From: Methylobacter sp.
Lineage (GTDB): Bacteria; Pseudomonadota; Gammaproteobacteria; Methylococcales; Methylomonadaceae
Length of the DNA stretch: 64,000 nucleotides
NCBI RefSeq assembly: GCF_023227905.1
Contig: NZ_JALOCF010000012.1
Coordinates: 32,618 to 96,617, forward strand
Direction of reading: 5' to 3'
Position 1 is the first letter of the stretch. Every line of letters begins with the position of its first letter. Under the pieces are notes generated by a model. The model worked only from the letters and a program-made list of their open reading frames with translations, was not told the DNA's origin and made no database searches. This document shows, piece after piece, positions 20,181 to 31,281 of this stretch. Position numbers and translations under genes: made by a program.

Positions 20181-20666
20181 TTATTTGTTTTCAACGACGC
20201 TTATGTGCCCATCGCTTTCCATATAGGCCTCCTTCACATTTGAAATATCGGAAACCCCTTGCTCGCGAAGCTGCACCATCAATTCCTCGTCAGTTACTAA
20301 TTCCTTTCTCATGTTTCTACGTAATAATTGACCGTTTTTTACCAGAAGGAGCGGCGGCGGTTCAATAAGACGTTGGAAGATCGGTGATTTATAACTCAGC
20401 CAATCGAGCGCAAAATTCCAGAAAATAATAGTGGCAACCAGCAGTATGCCGTTGGGAATAGACTTGTATTCACCCGCCATACCATTCTGCGAAGCATCGG
20501 CAAGAAGAGTGATCAGAAGTAAATCGGTTATCCCAAGCGTCCCGGATTGCCGTTTAAGAATGACGCGTAACAGAATGAACAACGCAAGATACATTATCGA
20601 CCCGCGCACCACGATCTCGATTAATGGAATATCAGGTAAAAAAATTGCTTTCCAATCGATATTCAT
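20181..20666 (-). CDS. DUF421 (YetF-like) membrane protein
   Basis: Three TMs then LVKNGQLLRRNMRKE...LREQG...AYMESDGHISV; probable start MNIDWK. Confidence 0.85.
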   Translation of the reverse strand: MNIDWKAIFLPDIPLIEIVVRGSIMYLALFILLRVILKRQSGTLGITDLLLITLLADASQNGMAGEYKSIPNGILLVATIIFWNFALDWLSYKSPIFQRLIEPPPLLLVKNGQLLRRNMRKELVTDEELMVQLREQGVSDISNVKEAYMESDGHISVVENK

Positions 20667-21107
20667 AACGTACCTCCTGAGATGGTTTATATGATGCCCT
20701 TTATCAATTCCTTCCTGAATGCACATATTGTCCCGTGCGGTTAAGCACGGCAGCCCAGTTGAAGACCGTACCGACTATTCATTTCTAACCGCTGAACTAT
20801 AACCAACGGCAGATTGTGTTCGCCCCATCCATTATCGCTGAGGCAACAAAAGGCTTGCTTTTTCTTATGCTCAACCATATCCGTTGTTTGCTTATATCAT
20901 TGGATATAGCCAGATTGCAAAGAGATTCAAGCCGTTATCTTCGACAAATTCAGAATCAGTCTGCCGAATGCTTAAAAACAGTTTAATTAGAAGATGCGAT
21001 ATTCCAGATAAGGAGTGTTTGGCAACATTTTTGGGTTATGCTTAAATGCTCGAAACAAAGAACAATTGGCTTAAATAAATTCACCACCAAACTGATAAGG
21101 AGACAAT

Positions 21108-21575
21108 ATGAGTTTTAAATCCGGGTTAATAAAAATGGCAATAAAATGCACACCTAATTTTATGGTTATATGGGTAGCGAATATAATCCTGAAAGGCATT
21201 GCAGAATTAAAGGATTTTAGTTTTGAGCTCGAGCCACGAACAGCATACGTTCAAGTCCAGCTCGTCGGTGAAGTTGAAACGATTGACGTTTGGATGGAAG
21301 ATTTTGCTGTCGTTAAAAATGACGGAGACTATCACTTAGTCATTCAAAAAGCAGAATCGAACAGGCTCTGGTTGAGCAATATTCTGTCCCGCATCGCAGG
21401 AAAAACATGGAAAATCCCTGAAATCCCTCAGATAGCGTCTCATCTTGAGCTAATTGCCGAATTGTTCAAACCCGAAATTGTGGTACAGGAAGCTCCTGAA
21501 CAGAAATTTCCTGAACTGGAAGCGCCGAAACAGGAAAAACAAGAAGAATTAGAAAATTCTGATCCTGAGAAATAA
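21108..21575 (+). CDS. Hypothetical protein with an acidic tail
   Basis: 155-aa ORF with RBS AAGGAG and a downstream hairpin. Confidence 0.7.
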   Translation: MSFKSGLIKMAIKCTPNFMVIWVANIILKGIAELKDFSFELEPRTAYVQVQLVGEVETIDVWMEDFAVVKNDGDYHLVIQKAESNRLWLSNILSRIAGKTWKIPEIPQIASHLELIAELFKPEIVVQEAPEQKFPELEAPKQEKQEELENSDPEK

Positions 21576-21812
21576 AAGTAGCTATTAGATCATTGTCACA
21601 AAAACCGTTACCCCTAGACAATGATCTGACGGTTTGCGGTATTAGTGTGATCTTTGCTAAAGACGAAACTCTTCAAACACAAGCCGTGTCGGAATACGAG
21701 ATAATCAGCAATAAAACCTCGGATTCCGTAGGCTCCACCTCTAAATCAGCAGATTAAAAGCTGATCCGGCTAAATGAAAATTCACGGAGTTATTAATCTG
21801 AAAATAATAAAG

Positions 21813-21840
21813 AAAGCGGCAAATAAATATTCACCGCTTT
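21813..21840 (-). terminator. Probable terminator of the DUF2382 genes
   Basis: AAAGCGG...CCGCTTT stem just past the stop codon. Confidence 0.5.
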
Positions 21841-21849
21841 AAAAACCGT

Positions 21850-22584
21850 TTACCTGTGCGAAGCGTCAGATTGTTGCACATCAACTTCAGTTTTTCTGAC
21901 GGTATCTCTCACAGTTTCCTTGCGTTCTTTTACCTCTTTGCCAACCCGAACTTCCTCAACAACACGAGATTCTTTAGATACTACCGGAATTTCAGTGTGT
22001 TCGGTAAGTTCTACCTCGCCCTCTTTAAAGCTTGCCAAGTCTGCTTCGGTTGCAGGTCGGTCTACAGGCATTCTTTCAACATGCACATGCTCTTCACGAA
22101 GTCTGAGGCTTTCTTCCACAGGGCGTTCAACTATCCTACTGCGAAGCTTCGCTCTACCTCGCTCAACTTCTTTTTTCCCTACGTTTAATTGCTCTTCAAT
22201 AATCGGAATGGTGGTCTCCTCCCTACCGGATTCAGCTACAGCTCTTTCCCTATCCGACATATCAGCCCCATATTGCTCAGCCTGCTCGTCCACATCCAAA
22301 GCACCAGCCTCATCAAGAATTTCTCCAGCGCGCCACGCTTCATCTTCCGATTCAGCATGAACGGTGACTATCGCGTCACATTGCCGAGCCGCTTCAGCGT
22401 AAGAGCTTGACTTCTCTTGTCCAAATAAAGAGCTGAAAAAGTTGCTGAAACTTTCATTACTTTGATTGGATTTTTGGGTTGAAACATCGACACTCGCGCG
22501 CGAGAAGCCGTTATCTAAAAGTTGCTGTACGGCGTCTTGCGCATCGGCAACGTCATCGAACATACCTATTACTGTCTGTTTCAT
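21850..22584 (-). CDS. YsnF/AvaK (DUF2382) domain protein
   Basis: IPIIEEQLNVGKKEVE...LREEHVHVER...VVEEVRVGK...DTVRKTEVDV; probable start MKQTVIG. Confidence 0.88.
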   Translation of the reverse strand: MKQTVIGMFDDVADAQDAVQQLLDNGFSRASVDVSTQKSNQSNESFSNFFSSLFGQEKSSSYAEAARQCDAIVTVHAESEDEAWRAGEILDEAGALDVDEQAEQYGADMSDRERAVAESGREETTIPIIEEQLNVGKKEVERGRAKLRSRIVERPVEESLRLREEHVHVERMPVDRPATEADLASFKEGEVELTEHTEIPVVSKESRVVEEVRVGKEVKERKETVRDTVRKTEVDVQQSDASHR

Positions 22585-22638
22585 AATTTTAACCTCGCAA
22601 GTTAAAAATTTAATGATTAAGGAGTGATGGATCAACCG

Positions 22639-23076
22639 TCACTTACTCGCTGTCCGATCCGTTGTAGGATCGGGACTATCGGTGTTGATTCGTTCAACCG
22701 TTACTTCCTCTTCTTTTAACTTTACTTGTTGGGTTTCCTGCTTTTGATCTTGGCGTTTAACTATATGTAACTCTTCAACGAGCATAAGGCGCTTTTCAAC
22801 CACCGCCACTTCCTTTATTACCGAAATGATCATCGTCTCCCCTTCATATCTGAGGGCTGGAGGCGGTGAATCAATCAATTGATTAATAGCTATCCTTTCC
22901 ACCTGTATCTCCTCCGCAAGTAAAGGTATGGTTACTGCTTGTTCATGTTCCGTTAACTGTTTTGAGATTCGCACAATACCAGCTTCTTCCAGTCTTTTTT
23001 CAACATGAAGCTGTTCCTTAAGCACTGGGATTACATCGTCGTGCTTTGCCTGATTTAACTCATCTTTTGGGTTCAT
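22639..23076 (-). CDS. YsnF/AvaK (DUF2382) domain protein
   Basis: IPVLKEQLHVEKR...VVEKRLMLVEELHI...LKEEEVTVER. Confidence 0.85.
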   Translation of the reverse strand: MNPKDELNQAKHDDVIPVLKEQLHVEKRLEEAGIVRISKQLTEHEQAVTIPLLAEEIQVERIAINQLIDSPPPALRYEGETMIISVIKEVAVVEKRLMLVEELHIVKRQDQKQETQQVKLKEEEVTVERINTDSPDPTTDRTASK

Positions 23077-23792
23077 GGGCTTTAACAGATCGTTAAGAGA
23101 CTAATATTCAACACATATCACCCAATTCTTCCTTATTCATTGAATCAAGGCGATGATTTGTAACTGGACGTATGTAATTGTTGCTGCCTATCTTTGCTGA
23201 GTCATGTGATTTTCCTCAATTTTTTAAATTAACTTGAGGGAAAACCGTTGCTGAAATTAACCCTAGGGCATTTGCTCATTAAAAAAGCAAAGTCAGAGTA
23301 CAACAAGCAAAATCAGAAATATGTACGCTAAGGAACGCAAGAAAAAATAATCCTGATTAGGTATCTCACACTCGACCTATCGTTGTCGTATCGGTAATAA
23401 GAGTGCGTGCGAAGCAAATTTTTACACTAACATGTAGAAGAGGTGGAGCTGAATAATAGCAATTTACAGAGTAAATCGGCGATGACTTAAAAGCTGAAGT
23501 TTTAAGCGAGGTTGAACAGATAGATAGCGAGTCTTCATTTGCAAAAATCCGGGCAGAGACAGGTCCGGCGTACTGCGATGCGAATCTTTACAATTCTTGC
23601 AAACATTGAACAGAGGTTAGAATCTTTGAACATCCTAAGATCAACGACGAGTCACAGGTTGCACCGGTGTAACAGAGTCGCTATTTTATAGAACGTTTGG
23701 GCATCCCAGTCCCAGCATTAAAAATCATACGACAGCCACGAGTAAAGTCTTGACACCCCTATCCTCTAACAGAGGGTTTCTGAAAATTGCGC

Positions 23793-24644
23793 TTATCCAA
23801 GCTCAAAAGTCGTCACGCCGAACAGCTGGTTTATCGGCAAGTCAGGGCATTGTCCTGCATACATGCGGACCGTCTCGAACGAAACCGTCATATTGTGCCG
23901 ATTCACCAAATCGACTGCCGCCGCATTCACGGCCGGTATATCCAGAAAAACCGAAGCGCTTTCCGGGGCATGCGATTTTAAAGCCGCAAAAAGCTGCTCG
24001 GCACACTCAGGGCCGTCTGCGAACAATGGCCCCACCTTGAATCCTGTGCGGCAGATGCGCATAAGCCCATAACCGGCCAGCTTGTTGCCGCGCAGAATAC
24101 CTAACGCCGTACTTTGCGGCTGATTAATCCAGCATCTCAGAAACTCCCTGCGATTGTCGGGAAAAAAAGCCTGGTCGTATGCGCAAACATCATCAAAAGC
24201 CAGCGTAGATAACGGCACAATGCCGGCATCAGCCGGATAATTCCCGCCGCAATTTCCTTGATACCGGACATTGCTATAGGCTAAGGTAAACCCCGACCTG
24301 TTGTAGTTATCCTGCTGGGCGACTACCCCGTCAAGACCAATGGTGCGGCCGCCAAGTAACGCCAACCCGGCGTTCCATATGCGAATGCCGTAGCCCTGGC
24401 CGCGATACTCCGGCTTGACGATATAAAACCCGATAAACCCGAATGAATCGCCGTATTTCACGGCTGAAATCGTTGCAATGGGCTCATCGCCAAGCAATCC
24501 GACCAGAAAACCGCTTGGATCGGCAGCGTAAAAACAATCGGCATCATGTAAGCCGGGATTCCATCCCTCTTCGGCAGCCCAATCGACCGCGATATTAACT
24601 TCTTGCCGGGTCATGGTTCTTATTGTGTAGCTGTCTTTTTGCAT
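23793..24644 (-). CDS. GNAT family N-acetyltransferase with tandem domains
   Basis: EGWNPG, YIVKPEYRGQGYG acetyl-CoA motif, KVGPLFAD, C-terminal FELG. Confidence 0.88.
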   Translation of the reverse strand: MQKDSYTIRTMTRQEVNIAVDWAAEEGWNPGLHDADCFYAADPSGFLVGLLGDEPIATISAVKYGDSFGFIGFYIVKPEYRGQGYGIRIWNAGLALLGGRTIGLDGVVAQQDNYNRSGFTLAYSNVRYQGNCGGNYPADAGIVPLSTLAFDDVCAYDQAFFPDNRREFLRCWINQPQSTALGILRGNKLAGYGLMRICRTGFKVGPLFADGPECAEQLFAALKSHAPESASVFLDIPAVNAAAVDLVNRHNMTVSFETVRMYAGQCPDLPINQLFGVTTFELG

Positions 24645-24707
24645 AGTTTTTCGATCCTGATTATTCGCAGAAACACGATCACAATAGTCATCGCGAGTGA
24701 TGACCGT

Positions 24708-25124
24708 TTAATCCCAGCCAACAGGCTGATAGCCGCGCTCCTGAAGACATCTGTTTACAAAGTTCTCATAGGCCGGGCTGCGTTCCGGTTCGCTGAATAT
24801 CCAGCGCAGCAGTCCTACAGTCGCGCCGCTAGCCGCTCCGATCGCCGACCCTGAACCCGCCGCGCCGACCACCGCACCTCCCACAGCGCCCGATGCAGCG
24901 CCGATGGCGGCACCTCCAACGGTATCAGTTGCCGCCCGCCCCGCCTCGCTGCCGCCGGAATCGGCACCGGCAGCCTCAGCAAGATCCATGCAAGCCTCGA
25001 TATCACGTTCTGCGGCTTTTGATCCGACGGTATTGTATTGGTGATTTGGATAAAGAACCGGGCGGGTCGATGCGCAGCCTTGCATCGACAGGGCAGTGAC
25101 TAGAGCCAAAATAATCTTGAACAT
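24708..25124 (-). CDS. Glycine-zipper lipoprotein
   Basis: Lipobox-like MQGC, GAAIGAASGAVGGA zipper, C-terminal RCLQERGY. Confidence 0.8.
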   Translation of the reverse strand: MFKIILALVTALSMQGCASTRPVLYPNHQYNTVGSKAAERDIEACMDLAEAAGADSGGSEAGRAATDTVGGAAIGAASGAVGGAVVGAAGSGSAIGAASGATVGLLRWIFSEPERSPAYENFVNRCLQERGYQPVGWD

Positions 25125-25830
25125 GAGAATCTCCTATTTTAGATAACAATTGGGGCCCAATGTAACATGGGGTGACTTCGCAGTGCCGGCATGATGTTCA
25201 TGCACAACTCACCCATGGCCGGAACTGTAGCAGTTGCGGCAGATTGTAAAACCGAAGCCACCTTACAAATATCCGCCTAATAGCATTAAGATTCAAGCCG
25301 ATAAACGAGAATGTCCGTTTACATAAATAACATTCTCTTCATTCATCATTTACTAGCAATTCTCGATTATTTAAGATTACTCCCATTGTTAAACTCACTC
25401 TATTGAGCGGTAGGCCCTTGCAGTGGCACGGACTGGGTCCCGTTTGCCGCGCCGAGCACCGGGGCTACCAATAGGCAGAGTGGATGGGTGGAGCGTCGCG
25501 GCAGCGACCCCTTAAACTACAAGGTCACGCATCCCAGACGGCATTCCTTGGTAGCACGTGGGAACGAGACAAGTGTTTTTAAAAATTCGGGCTATGTTTC
25601 TGACTAACAAAGAAATGCTCTAGGACACTTTCACTCAGGACGGGAACCCCTATTGGGCCATATTTCCGTTGCTTAATTAGGCTTTGTAGTAATTGCAGTG
25701 ATGTGTCCCTCAAGGCGAACCCAGACTGCACAACAGGGTCGTACGAATCGCATTAAAGGGAGGTTATAGCTCAATGGCGGGCACGGCTGACTAGTTTACT
25801 TAAACTCAAAGTTTGCCGCTTGACAGGAGG

Positions 25831-25859
25831 AATCCGGATACTGATTTAGCATCCGGATT
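25831..25859. terminator. Hairpin after the 96-aa ORF
   Basis: AATCCGGAT...ATCCGGATT. Confidence 0.5.
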
Positions 25860-25868
25860 TTCATGAAT

Positions 25869-26159
25869 TTAAGCGGGCATCCAGTTTTTTACCTCAAAAT
25901 CAGCCAGGGCCGATGCCTCAGGTAACTTTTGGTCCCGCGCTTTAGTTATTTCCTTATTAATAAAATAGACGTTATCAATTGTTATTGGAAATAACGACTC
26001 ACCGTTCCTTGTATCGATGGTCTTGCCTTTAAGCGAATGATAGAAGTTAAACAGTTCCATATAATGCTCATCATTCTCGGAGCCTTCCGGAAATAATGGG
26101 CGGTTAGCCTCCTGCAATGCTGCATAAAACTCTTTTTGGATGAAATTGAGCAGATTCAT
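25869..26159 (-). CDS. Hypothetical protein, 96 aa
   Basis: Good RBS (AGGAG) and a downstream hairpin. Confidence 0.7.
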   Translation of the reverse strand: MNLLNFIQKEFYAALQEANRPLFPEGSENDEHYMELFNFYHSLKGKTIDTRNGESLFPITIDNVYFINKEITKARDQKLPEASALADFEVKNWMPA

Positions 26160-26243
26160 TTTTATTCTCCTGAAGAAATCGTATAAAACCGCAAATTTTC
26201 CGTTTAAACGGTTTTGCTTTTCAGATACAGATTAAAACTTATC

Positions 26244-26284
26244 TATAACAAACTGATGACGGTTTGTTTAAGATTTCATGACAA
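26244..26284 (-). promoter_or_regulatory. Second Pho-box-like 11-bp-period array
   Basis: Minus strand TTGTCATGAAA-TCTTAAACAAA-CCGTCATCAGT-TTGTTATA. Confidence 0.5.
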
Positions 26285-26390
26285 TTACAGGAAGCGTCTA
26301 AGAAATACCCAATTCGAGCTGGCTTATATTGATAAGCTTTAGAATTTGATAGTGGCACCACTCATCATTTAGGGCTCCCTATAACATAGA

Positions 26391-26408
26391 AAGCAAATGC
26401 TGAGCCAA
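26391..26408 (-). promoter_or_regulatory. Sigma-54 (-24/-12) promoter
   Basis: TTGGCTCAGCATTTGCTT has exact GG-N10-GC spacing; an AT-rich tract and an NtrC-like site (TGCATCATATTTGTGCG, 26505-26521) lie upstream. Confidence 0.6.
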
Positions 26409-27112
26409 AATTAACACATAAATTAAATTTACTTATTGTTTATTAAATACAAACACTTACAAAAAACAATACTAAATTAAGCCTATTTAATTATTGTCAA
26501 TAAATGCATCATATTTGTGCGCATACTGATAATCTGCACAGATGAAACTCTTTTTGTTGCTAATTTTTTTCTTGCCATTGAGAAGATATGATTGAATTTC
26601 TTTTTGGATTCTTTGTAGAACTGACATTATCGATTCATCTCGATAATATTTATTTGAAGACCTTTAACAATTTCTAAGCTCGGCCGTCTGGAAATTGCAT
26701 CGCGTCCACTAAATGGCTTGGCTTATCAAGCACTATATCGCTCCAAATTGAACGATAAAACACCATCAGCAACATAGCGATAAAAAGTTGAATACGGCCA
26801 ATCGCCCCCCCCAACATCTGCAGGACAGCCGTCATGAAAGGCGGCTGTTAAAACCCCGATCGAAATACGATAAGTTTTTGGAGAAAAATAATTTATTAAC
26901 GCCGACTTCCCGGAAAATCATCCGTATATTCCGTATATGAGGGCAATGCCCGGATGCAGTGCAGTACGCCACTCAGCCATCAATGTGGAATATAGATGCG
27001 AGCGATACCGAGGCGCACAGTAAACCAATATGATCGATCAGTAATTGCGGTGGATTGCCTAATGGCGAATCCAGCTTGCAAATACCAGCCTTACAGCCTT
27101 GGGAACATTCTT

Positions 27113-27646
27113 CTAGTGAATGTGCACCTCACGTGACTTTACCGTATCGCTTCTGCGCAAAGTATAGCGTTCTTCATCGCCCACCATCTTCCCTCCCCCA
27201 CTATTAAGCTGAATGAGCGTTCCTTCATCTTCAATACGATATTGCTTTATAGGCGATTCATTACGCGGCGTTAAAACAACGGTACGATTTTCATCATTCC
27301 AGCTGTATTTTCCTTTTTCATAAAACTCCCTTGAGGATTCCCTGGCGGGCTGAGTCACCAGCAGATAATTGTTATTTTGCTTTAACGACAGCGTTGTTTT
27401 AACCCCATTGCAATCGTTGCAAGGAAAATAACCGTAAAAAACACCATGAAAATCCAGGCTCTTATCAATAGGGTTCGCATGGGCTGAGTGATCTGTGTTT
27501 TGCTGGCTGCTATTTACACGCGCCCTGAGGTACTTTTCTTGAGCTTCGAAGTCTGTTTTTGCCATTACAGGAGTATTGGCAGAAAGCAGAGTGCCGAAAA
27601 AAATCAAAGCCAGATTTTGTTTTAATTGGTTTTTTAATGTTTGCAT
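27113..27646 (-). CDS. NlpE N-terminal domain protein (copper resistance/envelope stress)
   Basis: FYGYFPCNDCNGVKTTLSL, GKYSWN, YTLRR; signal peptide without a clear lipobox Cys. Confidence 0.8.
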   Translation of the reverse strand: MQTLKNQLKQNLALIFFGTLLSANTPVMAKTDFEAQEKYLRARVNSSQQNTDHSAHANPIDKSLDFHGVFYGYFPCNDCNGVKTTLSLKQNNNYLLVTQPARESSREFYEKGKYSWNDENRTVVLTPRNESPIKQYRIEDEGTLIQLNSGGGKMVGDEERYTLRRSDTVKSREVHIH

Positions 27647-27999
27647 ATCACTATCTCTTTAATTTGTAATTCACGTTCAACGTTGCCGAATAACCTGAAC
27701 GGTCATGAAAATGCGCAAGGCAAGAACCCGACCTTTTTGCTAGGTTGTCAAAACTTCTGCCATTCCATCATAAAACCGCCACGCACCCAAGAAATGAATT
27801 GGCCTTTATTCCACAACAGCGGTTGCCATGCCGCTACGCACCTGAACAGAAAGCTAATCAAGCGCAGCGCTGGATGTTGAAAAAGGCCATTATAACCCCG
27901 CCCCGATTGAGTGCAATGTCAGGTTAGGCATGCCCATCAAGCGCAAAAACAGGTTCAAATCCTATTAAAACTAACTCCGTTTTTCGGCAGGGCTAAAAG

Positions 28000-28371
28000 T
28001 TATTTCAATATATTGGTTTGTTTCGCACATCGCCAATGGGCAGTATTAAAATCAGTTTTTTGCATGGCTTCTTTTTCCATGCAACTCCAGTACGATGCCG
28101 GTTTCAATTCCTCTTTGCACGATGCCGATATAGGGGCTTCCGCAGGTTGCTTCTGCCCTTTAGCCTTTTCCTGCTGTTCGAAGAGCTGAGTGGCGCGTAA
28201 GCAGATATTATAAGCTTCATTTTGCTCGTCGGCAGTGCCAGTGCTCTGCCCTGGGCTGGAACCGGACGGCATAGCTTCAGAAGATGGACGTGGCACGTCC
28301 CCGGGCTCTTGGGCATGGCTCACCATCGGTAACGCCATAATCAGAATAAATCCCGCAACTAATTTGCGCAT
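28000..28371 (-). CDS. Hypothetical secreted protein with four Cys
   Basis: Signal peptide ending SHA, RBS AGGAG. Confidence 0.7.
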   Translation of the reverse strand: MRKLVAGFILIMALPMVSHAQEPGDVPRPSSEAMPSGSSPGQSTGTADEQNEAYNICLRATQLFEQQEKAKGQKQPAEAPISASCKEELKPASYWSCMEKEAMQKTDFNTAHWRCAKQTNILK

Positions 28372-28702
28372 GGCAGAACTCCTATAAAAACGGGTTTTAA
28401 GGAAAACGGTTGCTTAGTACGACCTGGCGTCGTCTATATAAGCCCTCCCGTTTCAGGTAGTCTGTACGTTTCCGCACACAGCATTATGGCATCCGGATTC
28501 CGAACGGGCTAACAGGGTAGTGATGACGCTTGAACACATAAAAGCCAATACATTGAAAAAGGTTCCGTTCATTACAGCACAGTGTTTGACGGCCAAAAAA
28601 AGGACGATAGCAAGTTAGCCAAGTGGTAAACTTAAACAGTTATACATTGACACATCCAATCTTTAAAAATGATGGCTTATATCGGCTATCTTTGATCTGA
28701 AA

Positions 28703-28894
28703 ATGAAGAAAATTACGAGAGCTAGGAAAAAGAAGAACATCAACCAGACGGATTTGTTTGATTGGCTGGAACAGATGGAGAAGCTGAAAGCGGTCGAATC
28801 AGAACTGAACATGACCTCTTCACTTGGACCGTTGGAGTTAAGTACGATCGTAGAAAAACAAGTCGACTGGGTTGATTTGGAGTTATTAGTTTAA
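28703..28894 (+). CDS. Small hypothetical protein
   Basis: 63-aa ORF followed by a long hairpin. Confidence 0.5.
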   Translation: MKKITRARKKKNINQTDLFDWLEQMEKLKAVESELNMTSSLGPLELSTIVEKQVDWVDLELLV

Positions 28895-28947
28895 ATACCG
28901 GTATTGGTTAAAACCTAACCTGATAGCTACCGGATTTTTAAAATAGC

Positions 28948-28984
28948 GGCCAGGTTAAATTTAGCCTGTAAATTTAACCTGGCC
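28948..28984. terminator. Hairpin between convergent ORFs
   Basis: Perfect 16-bp arms GGCCAGGTTAAATTTA / TAAATTTAACCTGGCC. Confidence 0.6.
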
Positions 28985-29030
28985 TACCGTTTCCCCAGAG
29001 GCATCGTTACTTTAGTTTTATAAGCCTCAT

Positions 29031-29480
29031 TCAGGCCAGGTGGCTAATAGCGCCCTCTTTCATTAAATCTTTTTCCATTCCATCAATGCCGGCACTGATA
29101 GCGCTTTGTACTATTTCCGCAACTGAAGCACTATCTTCCGGCTTTGACTCGAAATCAATGGTCCAGACAACAATGCCCAAGCCATCATAAGATGTGAACA
29201 CTTCGACTGTTCCTTTGTAATAGCTCACAGGAAATGGCGATATTGGCCGAAGATATATCAGCTTCATGTTTTTTGAATCAACTTCTTCAATGGTATCTTT
29301 TATATCGCCACCATTATCGGCTATGGTCATATAGCGTAATGCACCTGGGACATCGCCCTCTACCTTACAAGTCTCAATGAATGGAAACCATACATCGAGC
29401 CTTCCTATTTTGCTGATCGCTTCCCATACCTGCTCTGAGGGTACATTTAATTTTTTTGTAATAGCTTGCTTAGTAAACAT
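29031..29480 (-). CDS. SRPBCC/polyketide cyclase family protein
   Basis: VPSEQVWEAI...WFPFIETCKVEG...YKGTVEV...VVWTIDF. Confidence 0.85.
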   Translation of the reverse strand: MFTKQAITKKLNVPSEQVWEAISKIGRLDVWFPFIETCKVEGDVPGALRYMTIADNGGDIKDTIEEVDSKNMKLIYLRPISPFPVSYYKGTVEVFTSYDGLGIVVWTIDFESKPEDSASVAEIVQSAISAGIDGMEKDLMKEGAISHLA

Positions 29481-29731
29481 CAGTATCTCCTAACTCATAA
29501 AATTTAAGCTTTTATAGAAGCTTGATTAATAAAATTGAATCGGTTTAACAAAAGGTTTAGTCACAAATGAACGGTTAAGCTCACTTTAACAATACGAACT
29601 ATGCGTCGTATTGGAAAAAACCGACAATTTAAGTTGATATGATTTTAGAGGTACTACTGGCAATTTTGGACAGACTATAAAAAATTGGGATACGCTACGA
29701 TCTAATTTAAAACCCCCACCAAATGATGGAC

Positions 29732-30556
29732 TTATACTGTTGGATATAAATTTAACAACCCCGAAAACTGTATCGTTTGGGAAGTATCAATTTGAGGGTA
29801 AAGAGATTCCGGTGAAATTCCATAAAGTTCTTGAAAGTCGCGAATCATGTGGCTTTGATCATAGTAACCTACTGCATGCGCTACATCTGCCCAAGTCGAC
29901 AGCGTTTTACGTTGGAAAATAGCGTTCCGCAAACGTACTACACGCGCATATTTTTTAGGCGTAGCGCCAACATGAGCCAGAAAACGCCGTTCCAGGGTAC
30001 GCTCAGTTAAACCGAGATTCCGGGCGAGCATCCCAATAGGGTAATTTCCGTTAGAACTACTTAAATCCCTGCAAGCTTTTTGAATCAGCAGATCCCCATT
30101 GTCCCGGTTCAATATCGCAAGTAAAAAATTCTCTACGCATTGAACACGCTCACTAGCTGTTCTTTTATGCGCCAAGCTATCTTCTATTTTTTCAATCGCA
30201 TACCAAGGAAAAATATCTCTGCAATCCACTCGCCTTTCAGCACATTCCCTGACTATACCGCGACGAAATACATTTAATCCCCAAGGAGTAAGGCGTGCAG
30301 AAACGCCTGATACCGTTCCAATACCTCCCAGATCACTTCGGTAGCTTTGGAAGCCGGCGAGTCCGCTACGAGTGGTATAAATAGTGTCTTTGTGGGTGGT
30401 CTGAAGCAAATCCGCATACAAAAAACATAAATAGGTTGCGGTGTCCGGCAGAATTGAAAGCGCCGAGTTATCGCTGCCCGTTAAGTCTTCATAATCCCAA
30501 ATGGCCGTAACGTAGGGTGCCAATAATTTGGTTGGTGCAAAAACTCTCAAACTCAA
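29732..30556 (-). CDS. AraC-family transcriptional regulator
   Basis: LTERTLERRF..VGATPKKYARVVR...GYYDQSHMIRDF. Confidence 0.9.
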   Translation of the reverse strand: MSLRVFAPTKLLAPYVTAIWDYEDLTGSDNSALSILPDTATYLCFLYADLLQTTHKDTIYTTRSGLAGFQSYRSDLGGIGTVSGVSARLTPWGLNVFRRGIVRECAERRVDCRDIFPWYAIEKIEDSLAHKRTASERVQCVENFLLAILNRDNGDLLIQKACRDLSSSNGNYPIGMLARNLGLTERTLERRFLAHVGATPKKYARVVRLRNAIFQRKTLSTWADVAHAVGYYDQSHMIRDFQELYGISPESLYPQIDTSQTIQFSGLLNLYPTV

Positions 30557-30651
30557 AATGACGTCCTCGATTCTTGAATGATCATTAGGGGTATATTGGA
30601 TTACGTTATCTCGTTAGGCTCAATAAGCTAACCCGAGCTACGTAGCTTGCT

Positions 30652-31222
30652 TATTATTCGCTTGCGGTCGAATGTATATTCGAAAAATCCAGCGGTCCTT
30701 CTAGTGAACAGCCCCAATCGGGATTTTATATGCGCCACGTTTTACCCAGCGGTGGAAAGTCGAATAGGGCCAATCGCCGGGGCTTTCCACCAAGCCATGT
30801 TTTACCGGATTGTAATGGATGTAGTCAAAATGCCGTTGGTAATCTCTTTCATCGCGCAAGGTATGTTCCGCATAGTAACGTTGCCAGACACCTCGCCGAC
30901 GATGGGCGATGCGGGATGGCGAGCGGGATTTTTCCGCGCCGCCCAGTGCAAGCCAGGATTGAGTGAAATGTTTTTTAATCGCGCCCCAGCGTTTTGGATA
31001 AGCGGCATCACCGGGCGGCAGCGTCCAGATAGCGTGCATGTGGTCATGCAGCATCACCATCGCATCCACCTGAAACGGCGGCCAACGTTGAAAGCAGTCC
31101 TGAAAAGCCGCGCGTAATAAATCCCTGGCAAGATCGTTACCTAAAATTTTCGTTCACCGTTCAGCCACCACGGTGAAAAAATAAGAGCCGCCAGGAACAA
31201 AACACCGCCGGTAATTCGACAT
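30652..31222 (-). pseudogene. REP-associated tyrosine transposase (RAYT) pseudogene
   Basis: ATG 31222 gives MSNYRRCFVPGGSYFFTVV; in-frame TGA at 31156-31154; HUH motif DHMHAIW, YIHYNPVKHG; apparent frameshift near 30725 (alternative frame PDWGC...ASE*). Confidence 0.88.
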
Positions 31223-31281
31223 GATTCAGTCCACCCAATGCAAATTTATTAGAACAAATCCAAATACAGCATAACCGAGAT

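Noticed and set aside
28400..28560. Possible structured leader or riboswitch
   Set aside because: No match to a riboswitch consensus I can verify by eye; an Rfam scan would be needed
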